Shown: positions 52,101 through 64,000 of the stretch, one piece after another | How the letters are laid out: each line of letters opens with the position of its first letter | Position numbering within the stretch: the first letter of the stretch is position 1 | From: Macrostomum lignano | Taxonomy: Eukaryota | DNA: 64,000 nt | Assembly: GCA_002269645.1 (NCBI GenBank) | Contig: NIVC01000040.1 | Location: forward strand, 1,054,001-1,118,000 | Direction: 5' to 3' | Program-made: the position numbers and the translations under genes | The notes under the pieces: generated by a model | Told to the model about the DNA's origin: nothing | What the model saw: only the letters and a program-made list of their open reading frames with translations | Databases searched by the model: none

Positions 52101-52234
52101 ATCAGGCGAGCCTGAGCTCAGTGCCGAGCCAGTTCACCTTCGCCAAGCTCATGTGGCGGCCCTGGCTGCAGGACTGCTGCAATTTCCCCCTCTGCAACTG
52201 TCGGGACACCAAGTACGACAGTAGGCCAGCCTAG
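49145..52234 (+). CDS. Steroid-sulfatase/arylsulfatase (STS/ARSD-H-like) gene, 4 exons, 582 aa
   Basis: Exons 49145-49286, 49847-50116, 50664-51133 and 51368-52234 join in phase (1749 nt). Signal peptide, PNILILLVDDLGFGD, formylglycine motif CTPSR, GKWHLG, GFDYFYG, a two-helix hydrophobic insert, SSDNGG, DIFPT. Confidence 0.93.
50240..50592. repeat. G-rich 27-bp intronic minisatellite (GGTGGGTGTGAGGGGCTTGTCTTGGGG)
   Basis: Direct reading, in sulfatase intron 2. Confidence 0.95.
51178..51317. repeat. 43-bp tandem repeat, ~3.3 copies
   Basis: GGGGTAGCGGTGCTCAGGAGGTGTGAGCTATCCGATTGAGTCT, in sulfatase intron 3. Confidence 0.9.
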
Positions 52235-54705
52235 GGGAGTCTTTGTTCTCGGCCTTCCAAATACTGATAAAGACATGAACATCTAAAGTACTTCCATTTA
52301 TGTAGTTAATGTCTGTTTCTATTAATTTTTCTCCGTGATATAGATTTCTGCGACGACCACGATGAGATTCTCTGAATAGAGATTCTTATGGTTGAGATTC
52401 TCAAAGGTGAGATTCTTGATCTTGAAAGTGCGAGCATGGAAAGGTTTGTGGAGTTATTTATCGTCTATGGTCGAAATTATGAGCTTTACGTCAACCAAAT
52501 AAATAATGCAGACACGCAATAAATACATTCCGCCTTCAGGCAGCAGTGCGCACTTTCAGTTGGATTTAAAATATGGAGAGTAGGGCGGCAGCTGCGCGAC
52601 TCGTTGGTTAGGCTATACTGTTACAAACACTAGAACTCAAAATTTAACTATAGCGTTCCTATATATGAGCTATGTTGATATATATATTGAGCTTGACCTG
52701 GAATGAAAAATAAATTGAATATATATACTGAATTAAAATTCTCTCAGTCGATATTTTCGATTCTGAGTTTCTTATAAAATTGTTTTTGACGGGCATTCCG
52801 TTGCAATTACATATTCCTGAAGTCTATATACTAATTTTGCGCTTTAACAATGAAATAAATAATATATGAAAAAATGAATGTAAGTACTACAAATAGAAGT
52901 TAACAGAGGGTCCTTTGAAACTTCACAATAGCCATCCGGGGCGCTCATGGTTTGTCCACCTCATCTCATATATCCACTCACCTTCTATCCGCTTCCATCT
53001 TGTCTCATCTATCCTCTTAGTTATCCAACTGAATCAGAAATTCTTTGTTGCGCATCGATTTTACGCATTAATGTGTTTAAGACGCGTTTTGCATACATTT
53101 AGCACGTGTATTAGAAGTGCTTTAACAGAGACCTTGAACTAATAATACAAGCAACAGATTCACCTGCTGTAAAACAGCTCACCGTCTCACCTGCCCTCTA
53201 CAGCTACAGCAAAAATAATTCGGTCATAAATAATTGGATAAGAACGCCTGGCACATCCTCTTCTCTCTTGACTGTCAGCCTTCCTCTTTGCCCTGCTGCG
53301 CCAAAGAGAACCGCCGTCTCTCTCTCTGTCCCTACATGTGTATCTGGTCGGCTTAGTCTCTGGTTCGTTTATATCTCTCTCTGTTAGTTCGCTTCTCCGC
53401 AAATGAGGAAAATATATTCTCCAAGCAGTGTTGTTTAGTTCGGCAGTTGACCCACTTGGGCCGGAACTGTGACGACTCTGTCTGTCAGGGGAGCAAATTT
53501 GTGCTCGACAAAGGAAATTAGGTGGGGAGTTGCAATAATAAAAAAATGCGCATATATAATTAGAGATGAGATAGGCATTGGATTATAGCTATGGTGTACT
53601 TTTGTAAGTGTCAAAGACTAGCTGCTCTTGTTGATCAGACTGATAATAATAGCTAATTTCTAATTCCCAGTGTTTAGGGATTAGGCTGAGTTAGCCATCC
53701 ATTTCATTCATTGATTGATCCCTTAGGGAGAGTAGCAATCCATTCTATTCCTTCCCTGATGATAGTAGCAACTGCAGAATCGGTGAGAAAACATGCACAG
53801 CAATCTGCGTACATTTTGCTTCAATTTCATTTTCATTTTCTGCACGCCAATGCAAAATGCTTTCAGACAAGAAGGCATCGAAATCGCTCTAAACTCTCGC
53901 CTAAATTTCTAGCAGGATGCGGGAAGTACATCTGTGAGGCAAGGATTTTCGCATGCACAGCAATACCGCGGTTCTCCGGCCCATGATTTATTCATGCAGC
54001 TCATGCATAGCGACGGCTGGGTTGAAGAAACGAAGGACAGACAAAGGGGTAAAACGATTGAAATTCTGTCAAGCTTGAAGCAGCAAAAAAGGGAGTCTTA
54101 TAGCAGCTCCCTCTGTGGCAGCCAGGCCTGCATCTATTGCTAGCTAGCTGTGTTTTCTAATTTCACTAATGGGCCCGGTGCCTTTCTGCCCCGACATGAT
54201 TCAGCTGTCAGGAGATGCTCCAGAGCCTTTTGAAGGGTGGTGTTTGGGATTAATTTTTTGCAGCAGCAGCGTGCTGCCACACAGACACACAGAGCAGTGC
54301 AGTTGGCTTTTCATGGGGAAATTAAGTCTCCGAAATTTGGAATTTTGTGTGTGTGTGTGTGTGTGTGTTCATTGTCCAAAATCGTTTGCGTTGGTCACGT
54401 GATGCTTAATGTTAATAGCTTCTGATAATCGTTGGAGCCGTTGGAATGGCTCATGTGTCCTTTCTGCAGGCAATTCCAATCTACGCTTTAAGGACTCTGT
54501 TGCAATTTGAGCGAATCACAGGTTTTTTGGAAATAAAGTGCTTTCGTGCGAATTGAGAAGGCCACGAAATGGGGGCATTCATCAGCCTGACTGTGTAACT
54601 GGTGGCCTGATTATGTTACATTTTTGTTTTTGAAAACTGTGGCTCTGCGGTTTATGAACCCTCAGATGAAAAATGTGCTTACAGAATTTTTGTCTCTCTT
54701 CTCTG

Positions 54706-55825
<1,120 letters not shown>

Positions 55826-55937
55826 ACTGTACTGTAAATTATGAGACTGAAAAATTCGCCCACAGTAAAGAAACTTGTTTGGTTGATCTTCGACGTTAAT
55901 TATGATATTATCTAGTTTATAATTTCTAATTAGACAG

Positions 55938-56012
55938 GATCACAAGAACAGCCATGACCCAAGGCGAGCAACGATCACAAGAACAGCCATGACCCAAGGC
56001 GAGCAACGATCA
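55938..56012. repeat. 35-bp direct repeat x2
   Basis: GATCACAAGAACAGCCATGACCCAAGGCGAGCAAC occurs twice in tandem. Confidence 0.85.
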
Positions 56013-56360
56013 CTTTGATCAGCGGTGGCCATCATCGACATACCCTTAATCACCAGCTTTAATCCCAAACCATATACCGTTTAGCCATCTATGCGTTCCC
56101 TATTGGCAGTTTAGATGAGGCTATATGTATGTAATTACGCATAAAAATTTCCTTGCATTTTTAGAATTGACCTCATCCGTTTTTGACAACAACAGCAGCA
56201 GGCTTGTGTTTAGCAAATTGAATTCGCCAATATGAAATTAAGTACATTGCGTCGCCGTTAAATATAGATAGAACATTACCGTCCAACATCCGATCATATA
56301 GTCTTATAGAATAGCTGATTTTGATTCTTTCGACTTTTATTATCTAATATAATACTGAAC

Positions 56361-58091
56361 AATGGGGAGTGAAGGGAAGTCACAGTGGGGAGTGAAGGGA
56401 AGTCACAGTGGAGTGAAGGGAAGTCACAGTGGGAGTGAAGGAAAGTCACAATGAGGAGTGAAGGCAAGTCACAGTGGAGTGAAGGGAAGTCACAGTGGGA
56501 GTGAAGAGAAGTCACAATGAGGAGTGAAGGGAAGTCACAGTGGAGTGAAGGGAAGTCACAGTGGAGTGAAGGGAAGTCACAATGAGGAGTGAAGGGAAGT
56601 CACAGTGGAGTGAAGGGAAGTCACAGTGGGAGTGAAGAGAAGTCACAATGATGAGTGAAAGGAAGTCACAATGAGGAGTGAAGGCAAGTCACAATGAGGA
56701 GTGAAGGCAAGTCACAATGAGGAGTGAAGGCAAGTCACAATGAGGAGTGAAGGGAAGTCACAATGAGGAGTGAAGGGAAGTCACAGTGGAGTGAAGGGAA
56801 GTCACAGTGGAGTGAAGGGAAGTCACAATGAGGAGTGAAGGGAAGTCACAATGGAGTGAAGGGAAGTCACAGTGGAGTGAAGGGAAGTCAAAATGAGGAG
56901 TGAAGGGAAGTCACAATGAGGAGTGAAGGGAAGTCACAATGAGAAGTGAAGGGAAGTCACAATGAGGAGTGAAGGGAAGTCACAATGAGGAGTGAAGGGA
57001 AGTCACAATGAGGAGTGAAGGGAAGTCACAATGAGGAGTGAAGGGAAGTCACAATGAGGAGTGAAGGGAAGTCACAATGAGGAGTGAAGGGAAGTCACAG
57101 TGGAGTGAAGGGAAGTCACAGTGGAGTGAAGGGAAGTCACAATGAGGAGTGAAGGGAAGTCACAATGGAGTGAAGGGAAGTCACAGTGGAGTGAAGGGAA
57201 GTCAAAATGAGGAGTGAAGGGAAGTCACAATGAGGAGTGAAGGGAAGTCACAATGAGAAGTGAAGGCAAGTCACAATGAGGAGTGAAGGCAAGTCACAAT
57301 GAGGAGTGAAGGCAAGTCACAATGAGGAGTGAAGGGAAGTCACAATGAGGAGTGAAGGGAAGTCACAGTGGAGTGAAGGGAAGTCACAGTGGAGTGAAGG
57401 GAAGTCACAATGAGGAGTGAAGGGAAGTCACAATGGAGTGAAGGGAAGTCACAGTGGAGTGAAGGGAAGTCAAAATGAGGAGTGAAGGGAAGTCACAATG
57501 AGGAGTGAAGGGAAGTCACAATGAGAAGTGAAGGGAAGTCACAATGAGGAGTGAAGGGAAGTCACAATGAGGAGTGAAGGGAAGTCACAATGAGGAGTGA
57601 AGGCAAGTCACAATGAGGAGTGAAGGGAAGTCACAATGAGGAGTGAAGGGAAGTCACAATGAGGAGTGAAGGGAAGTCACAGTGGAGTGAAGGGAAGTCA
57701 CAGTGGAGTGAAGGGAAGTCACAATGAGGAGTGAAGGGAAGTCACAATGGAGTGAAGGGAAGTCACAGTGGAGTGAAGGGAAGTCAAAATGAGGAGTGAA
57801 GGGAAGTCGCAATGAGGAGTGAAGGGAAGTCACAATGAGAAGTGAAGGGAAGTCACAATGAGGAGTGAAGGGAAGTCACAATGAGGAGTGAAGGGAAGTC
57901 ACAATGAGGAGTGAAGGGAAGTCACAATGAGGAGTGAAGGGAAGTCACAATGAGGAGTGAAGGGAAGTCACAATGAGGAGTGAAGGGAAGTCACAATGAG
58001 GAGTGAAGGGAAGTCACAATGAGGAGTGAAGGGAAGTCACAATGAGGAGTGAAGGGAAGTCACAATGAGGAGTGAAGGGAAGTCACAGTGG
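56361..58091. repeat. 21-23-bp minisatellite (GAGTGAAGGGAAGTCACAATGAG), ~1.7 kb
   Basis: Direct reading. Longer blocks of variant units repeat as higher-order units. Confidence 0.97.
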
Positions 58092-58413
58092 GAATAATAT
58101 TGAAATATGAAAAAACCTTGGCGCAGTTGAGTAGCTGTCGCTCAGAAACGGAGCAGAATAACACTGAGCTCTCAGCAACCAACTGGGGAAGAGTCGTTAA
58201 CTCGGAATACTCAAAGCAGCCAATCGCAATTTCCGAAGAGTTAGAGACAAGTACGGAAACAGGAGAATGAAACTGAGCTGCCAAATTCGCAATTCGCCTT
58301 TTGCAAAAGGAAAGAGAAATAACCTAGGGAGTTAGCAAAGGATTGACACTGACAACTGGAGAATCAGAAGCTACAGTTCAGCCCAATCTTATTTTTTAAC
58401 AACGAACAGCAAC

Positions 58414-59129
58414 ATGCAGCCGCGCACCGGGGTTGTCATGGCAACCGTCGCTTTAGCCATGCTGACTGTCGCGCTGGCGCGTTTGGACAACGGCGGCGTC
58501 GATTTGGCCGACTGGCTGGAGGAGCGATCTTCGTCGCAGGGTAAAACTACTGTCAACAAGGGCTTAGAAGGGTTAGGAAAGTACAATTGCAAATAATGAA
58601 AATAGAGATCTGAGAGAGTGTCCTAGATGACAGTTGAAAAAAGAAGATTAAAATAATAAAAAAATGGTAGAAATTTGCATACAGACAGGCAGACACAAAG
58701 ACACATGAACGGGGGTGGACACAACTGACACCAAAGCATTGGATGACTTGCACACATAATGCATACTAGGGCATTGTGCACTGGACACTGAGACAAGGAA
58801 GAAAGCAATTTTTGCTTTTAAAAAAATTTCTAACGGAAGATTACCCACTGCCAGCAAACTTTGTTCCACCATTATCTCCATTATCCCCAATTGCCATCTC
58901 AACCGGAGCAGACCGACTGGGTCCGAGCGAGTCCCGCCGCGACTCGCTGGAAATGTTGTCGGCCACCAGGCGCAACGATTTGCGACTGCTCCGGCTTGCC
59001 CGACGACTGGCCAAGGAGCTGCGAGAGGCGACCGAAGCGGCGGCGACTGCTGCGGCGGGCCACGACTCGGGCCTAGCAACAGTTTTCAAGCGGTGTCGCC
59101 TCGGCCGGTTCTCCTGCCCGATTGGCTGA
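58414..59129 (+). CDS. Secreted neuropeptide-like precursor, 2 exons, C-terminal KR-CRLGRFSCPIG
   Basis: Exon 1 (58414-58540) encodes a signal peptide and ends at a phase-1 donor G|GTAAAA. Phase-1 acceptors lie at 58854 (with CTAAC upstream) or 58911, giving 133 or 114 aa. RR/KR sites, two Cys, terminal Gly then stop. Confidence 0.75.
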
Positions 59130-61379
59130 ATTGTCGATATGTCTGTCGCATCCTGCATAGCTACTAATGGCATATTAACTGTGGAGATCTTTGAGATGAA
59201 ATGAACCGAGAAAAAAACCTTACAACGCTGCAACAACCCCGATTGATGGCTCCTCATCTTGAACTCGATTTTGGTCGAAAATATACAGTTACATCAAGTC
59301 AGTCCCGATCCGCCTATACAGGCTGTTTGCGCGCGGTGTAAGGAAGGCACTCTGAATGAACTTTTTCAAATGATGTTCATAGTTTAACAATATCGCGAAA
59401 TTTGCTGTTCGGATCATAAATCAGCGTCACAGGGCGCGTTTCACAGCTTCACAGCGCAGTGGCGTAGCCATCCATGCAAAAGGGTCAAAGAGGGCCGTGC
59501 ACGGTCCTCCCTATATGCTGGCAGAATGGGGTCATCAAGCAGGCGGTCGACGGTTGGTCGCCTAACCGCGTTAAGGTTTCAGGGCGCTGATAAAGCGACG
59601 GTACAACATGCGATCTCAGAATGGTTTAAGGACGATTCTCGAGAGTTTTCTTGACAAATCGACACGTCATGAATTAGGTTCTTGTTACGATTCCCAAGAT
59701 AGTCTGTGGGTGGTTTTAAGGATGGCCCAGGGATAATGCAAAAACAGCCCGATCTTGAATTTATCCAGCATCTCGACCACCGCGTTAAACAACGTCCGAT
59801 CGACTGCGCTACGATGTCGCAGTTCGTCGTTGGAAACTTCGGTTGGTAAGCAAGTCGTCGAAGAAGACGAGGTTCCTTGATCTGCCTGTCAGCGCGCGTT
59901 GAACACGAGGACGACGCGTTAGCAAAGGAATTTGAAAACGAATGGTGAAATAGAGTTTCTTGCTATTGGCGATATGCAGATAAAGTAATGTCCTACGCCA
60001 ATTTACCAAGGTTCTTTTATAACTAAACGTGTTTCGCCCTCGGTGGAGCATCTTTAGGTTTATTTTATTTAAGATTTCAAAAGTTAATCATCAGTGTTAG
60101 CATTTTGAAAAGGCAGAGAAAGCCAAAAGAAAACTTCATTAACTTTATCTCTACAAAACAAAATTTTAACTTCTAGATTTAATCTCAGTTTGTTAAATTC
60201 GCGCTACGGTTTCTTTCAACCATCTACTGTACTGTACTTGTACATCGCTCGACAAATTTCCCGGCGAGGGAAGGCAGAAGCTGGCTTGCATTTTTCACGC
60301 TGTCTGCAATCTTTAATATGTCGGAATTGTTTTGAAACCTCCAGCAGTGCAGAGTATAAAAAAGGTAAAAGTATTGTATCATAAAAAGTGCGATGGCACG
60401 TGTACTGGAATCCTGCAGTTTAGTCCTGAAAGTCACTAAGATGTCAGAGACTGACTTGGTCTAAAAAATCACGCATGTACCTGTTGCATTAACTGTCTAT
60501 ATTATTTTGCGAAGCAGCAGGCATAATCATGGCTGCATCTGTATAGCATATCTATACCCAAAGCTTGAGAAGCAAACAATCATAGACTCAAGCAAAATCA
60601 TTTGTTGAAGCGCAAAGCAGTTTACACTCCCAACTCCATTATCGCAATATCTGTGGCAGTTCAACCAGAACGTTCGATCTGCACGAGCGGCCTGCCAACC
60701 ATGACTTTTACAGCACAGGCATATGGTATAGGCAGTATATCCGTATCCCTAGCTTTTTGTATATAGATTCATGCATTGGATTTTTTAAAGCTTGCTTTTT
60801 AAGCCTTCTAAAAGCTGTACAGTCGGATTTCAATTCTCTACTATGTACATACATGTACGCACATAGGTATATAGCTCGTAGTAAGCAAGTCACGAGACAA
60901 TAATGGATTACGTAAGCTATTTACACCTCATTAAACTACTACAGTGCTTACCATTCAGTCACTCAGCCTTAAAAGTAAATAGTTCATTCAGGTTATAGCC
61001 AGGAGTCTACATGTACGCTCATAAGCACTTGGCGCTACATTCAAAACTTGTCAAGACTTTGACGTATATTTGTAAACTTCTTAAAGACAGATATTTTACG
61101 ATTTGATGCATAGGTAGTAAGAATTTATAAGGTAAACCATAATCTCAAGCACTCTCTGAACGTACGAGTGGCTGCATGTCTGTTTACAGTATATTTGGGA
61201 AGTGAAAATCGCGGACTTTCCCGATCCCAGGATTCCACAACATTAAATGCAATTGATGACGTCAGTTAGTTTCACTATTGGACTGTATATTTGCATGGCA
61301 TGACAGGACTTTAATCTAAAAATTACAGGAAGTCACTAAAAGTCCTGTCAAAGTCTTGCGCAGCCAGTCGCCACACACA

Positions 61380-61560
61380 GCCTCAATTAGCCCAGCTAAT
61401 GTGGCACCCATTTTACAGCTGGCTGAAAATAAGACACGCAGAGTCAAGTGTCTTGCTCAAGGACACAAATTGTTCCGAGTGGGTCGAGAATCGAACCTCC
61501 GACCTTTCTGACCTCCTCCTGAATTTTAAGGTTGATGCCAAACAGAAAGCCCCACAATGC
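61380..61560 (-). mobile_element. tRNA-derived SINE relic (CORE/Meta-like)
   Basis: The minus strand has a B-box GGTTCGATTCTC (61486-61497) followed by GTGTCCTTGAGCAAGACAC (61448-61466), a motif similar to the CORE-SINE start. Boundaries approximate. Confidence 0.6.
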
Positions 61561-62559
61561 CTAGCGGATGCGATAGATAAGATATATTTAGCCATATAGC
61601 TACTGAAAATAGTTTTAGCAATTTTTTACAAACTCTTCCAATGACTGAAAGGTCTGATCCCACGTCAATTCAGACAGAAACCTGCTTCCTGTAAAGACAG
61701 CAATAATCGGTAGAGATGTATTGTTTCTGGTTAGTTTAAAACGATATGCAAATGTAAGAAAAGCTATATTAAGCTTGTATTTTCTATGGGGAGAGAAGAA
61801 GAGATCAAAGGCAGCCCTATAGCTACGAGCTAAGAATCGGCACAGACAGGCTTCTACGCGTCGAAGCTGCAAAAAGTTCCATTCGATGTAGTTTTGAGCT
61901 CAACCAGACCAAGCGTGAATAACTTGAGCTTGATAAATCCAATTGAGGAATCCTTACTTATACATGCAGTGCACCAGAGAATAGCAACTTCCTTGCGTTT
62001 TTTCGTGATTCTACTCGTATAAACAGCATGAATTTTCGAAGCTATAAAGACCCAAGTTTGTAACTCCACATACGTATAATAATCTCAAAAGCTACTTGTA
62101 GTTTCATCACTAAAATGGCTAAAAATTCTTTAAATTTCATGAAAGCTATAGACTCAATGCGAACAGGCTGAACTGCTAATGCAACGACATGGGTTCGAAT
62201 TTTAATCATGAAAAATAACTATATAAAAGCCTTTTCAACCAAGCAAAGCAGACTTGACTTGAGAAAAGGAAAAAGAAATTAGAACTCAATCAACTTTCAA
62301 TAAACCATTTCGACTTTTGAAGATCGTCCAAGCTTTTAGACACACGGCAGATTTTGTCTGCATTGCATTTTGCCTCTCCATGCTTAGTAAGTCTTATTAC
62401 GTTCTGGTGGGTGACTGTATATCAAATTCATTCTTTTATTGCGGGAGAAGTTTTCATTTCTATATACATGCAGGGGTAAAATGTACCCGGTACATACATA
62501 AGAATCGGTGAGCTATTAATACATGAATATTCCATGTCGCATTTGTCCCCTACATCTGG

Positions 62560-62790
62560 GGGGATTGCTGAGATGTCAAGGCTCATAGGGGAATTGCTGA
62601 GGTGAGATGAAAGGCTCACGGGGGAATTGGTAAGATGTCACAGAGGCTCACGGGGGAATTGGTAAGATGTCACAGAGGCTCACGGGGGAATTGGTGAATG
62701 TCGCATCTTACGGGGTAATTGCTGAGATGTCAAGGCTCATGGGGGAATTGCTGAGATGTCAATAGGCTTACGGGGAAATCGCTGAAATTC
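62560..62790. repeat. Degenerate ~31-33-bp tandem repeat (GGGGAATTG..AGATGTCA..GGCTCAC)
   Basis: About seven imperfect copies. Confidence 0.8.
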
Positions 62791-64000
62791 TGTGACCCAT
62801 GGGTTACTGAGTTGCAAAAGATTAATTGGAGGTTGTTAGTAGCCAAAGCATCAAGGGGGGAGAGGTTTAGGGTTAAGTCATGGCTTTAAAGGGAATTTAG
62901 ATTATATTTTAGGCTATACAGGTGGCTTTCAGGTCTTATGCTTTTTTGCTTTAAACATCAGTCTCCTTAGGGAACTAACAATAGTGACCATACAAGGTCA
63001 AAAGCTGCATGTGATGTGATTTATTGATTAAGATTGCTAGTCCATATTTTTAAACCACCGTCTAGATTGCAACTCACTGCAAGGTTTCCATACGAGACTA
63101 TATCAATAAATCTTGAATTTTTACACCTATGCCCTAGAGATTCCACTAAAAGCTAACAATTATTAGCTTAAAAAAGCTCTTGAATCATTAAGAGTAAACA
63201 AATTAGATTTTTAAGTAGGCAAAAGCTTAAACAAAGAGTGCATAGTCATATAGGTGTAATATAGCCGATTAAATATGATTTATGGCCAATGAAAGGCACA
63301 GAATCGCCCAATGGTAAAAACACCAAACTAGTACAAAACTGCGCCACTTAGAAGTCACAATACAAAAAAATCGAATGACAGAAAAGGAAACACTGCAGCA
63401 ATGACAAAATAAATCAAACAAGGCAGTTATTAAAATTATCAACTTAGAAATAACAGCAAGCATTATCTATGCAGTTAGTATAACTCTGAAAATTAAAAAG
63501 ACCATGCCAATCAATCTTACAACAATTTTCTTTCAACAACAGCCCTCTTGACTGTTCAGTCTCATAATCGTCCCACAGGATATGCTTCGTAATAGCTAGA
63601 CGAAGCGGAGGTAAACTGAGAGTTTAATTAACCAGTAGCTTAGATTTTCTGTATGACAACCATATCGATATTCACTATTCAGATTGGATGCAACTTACCG
63701 AAGAGGCAAAACTAATAAACATGCAATCATTGATCGATTCGAAAAGACCTGATAATCAATGAACAAAACGACACGAGGGGAAATTAATAACAATATGTTC
63801 AATTCATAAAAAAATTACAAGAATACTTTTGTGTGTGCGGGATTTTACCGAGAGGCATTTAGTTGCAAAGATTGTATTCCATAGAACACAGTTGTTGCAG
63901 TCAATTTGGTAACAACAGCCAGTCAAAATGATTGCGCTAATTTTGTGAAATTATACAGGTTGGTGCATAAGTAGCCGAACGCAATTATAAACACAAAAAT

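Noticed and set aside
53916-54048. Possible isolated exon (CTAGCAG| DAGSTSVRQG...KDRQR |GTAAAA)
   Set aside because: The splice-like ends are plausible, but no partner exons or recognisable domain were found.
59457-59469. hAT-like terminus CAGTGGCGTAGCC
   Set aside because: No matching inverted end or 8-bp TSD was found nearby.

Overview
This is eukaryotic (invertebrate animal) genomic DNA, not prokaryotic. It has GT-AG spliced genes, microsatellites and minisatellites, and nested transposons. The style resembles a free-living flatworm such as Macrostomum, but that is inference only. No CRISPR, rRNA or tRNA genes are supported. Layout: (1) 1-9.2 kb is a nest of DNA transposons: a mariner relic, a Merlin/IS1595-type element with long inverted arms and a 9-bp TSD that carries a nested hAT MITE, a foldback-like element and further MITEs. 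(2) 9231-19427 is an intact, very young Ty3/Gypsy LTR retrotransposon (TSD TAAG, ~1.03-kb LTRs, gag and pol joined by a -1 frameshift). It also has a long disordered insert in Pol, seven repeated RNA hairpins after pol, a third non-Env ORF and no recognisable polypurine tract. (3) 19.6-29.3 kb holds two more inverted-repeat elements, an orphan two-exon gene, an intronless peptide-type GPCR and a second mariner relic. (4) ~30.8-47.5 kb is a plakin-like gene (spectrin-like repeat plus SH3) whose 5.7-kb exon encodes dozens of 14-aa repeats resembling LC8 (dynein light chain) binding motifs. (5) 49.1-52.2 kb is a four-exon steroid-sulfatase-like gene. (6) 58.4-59.1 kb is a two-exon secreted precursor ending in KR-CRLGRFSCPIG-stop, a candidate cyclic neuropeptide. 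All exon models were read by eye from splice signals and phase agreement, and all family assignments rest on remembered motifs, not database searches.
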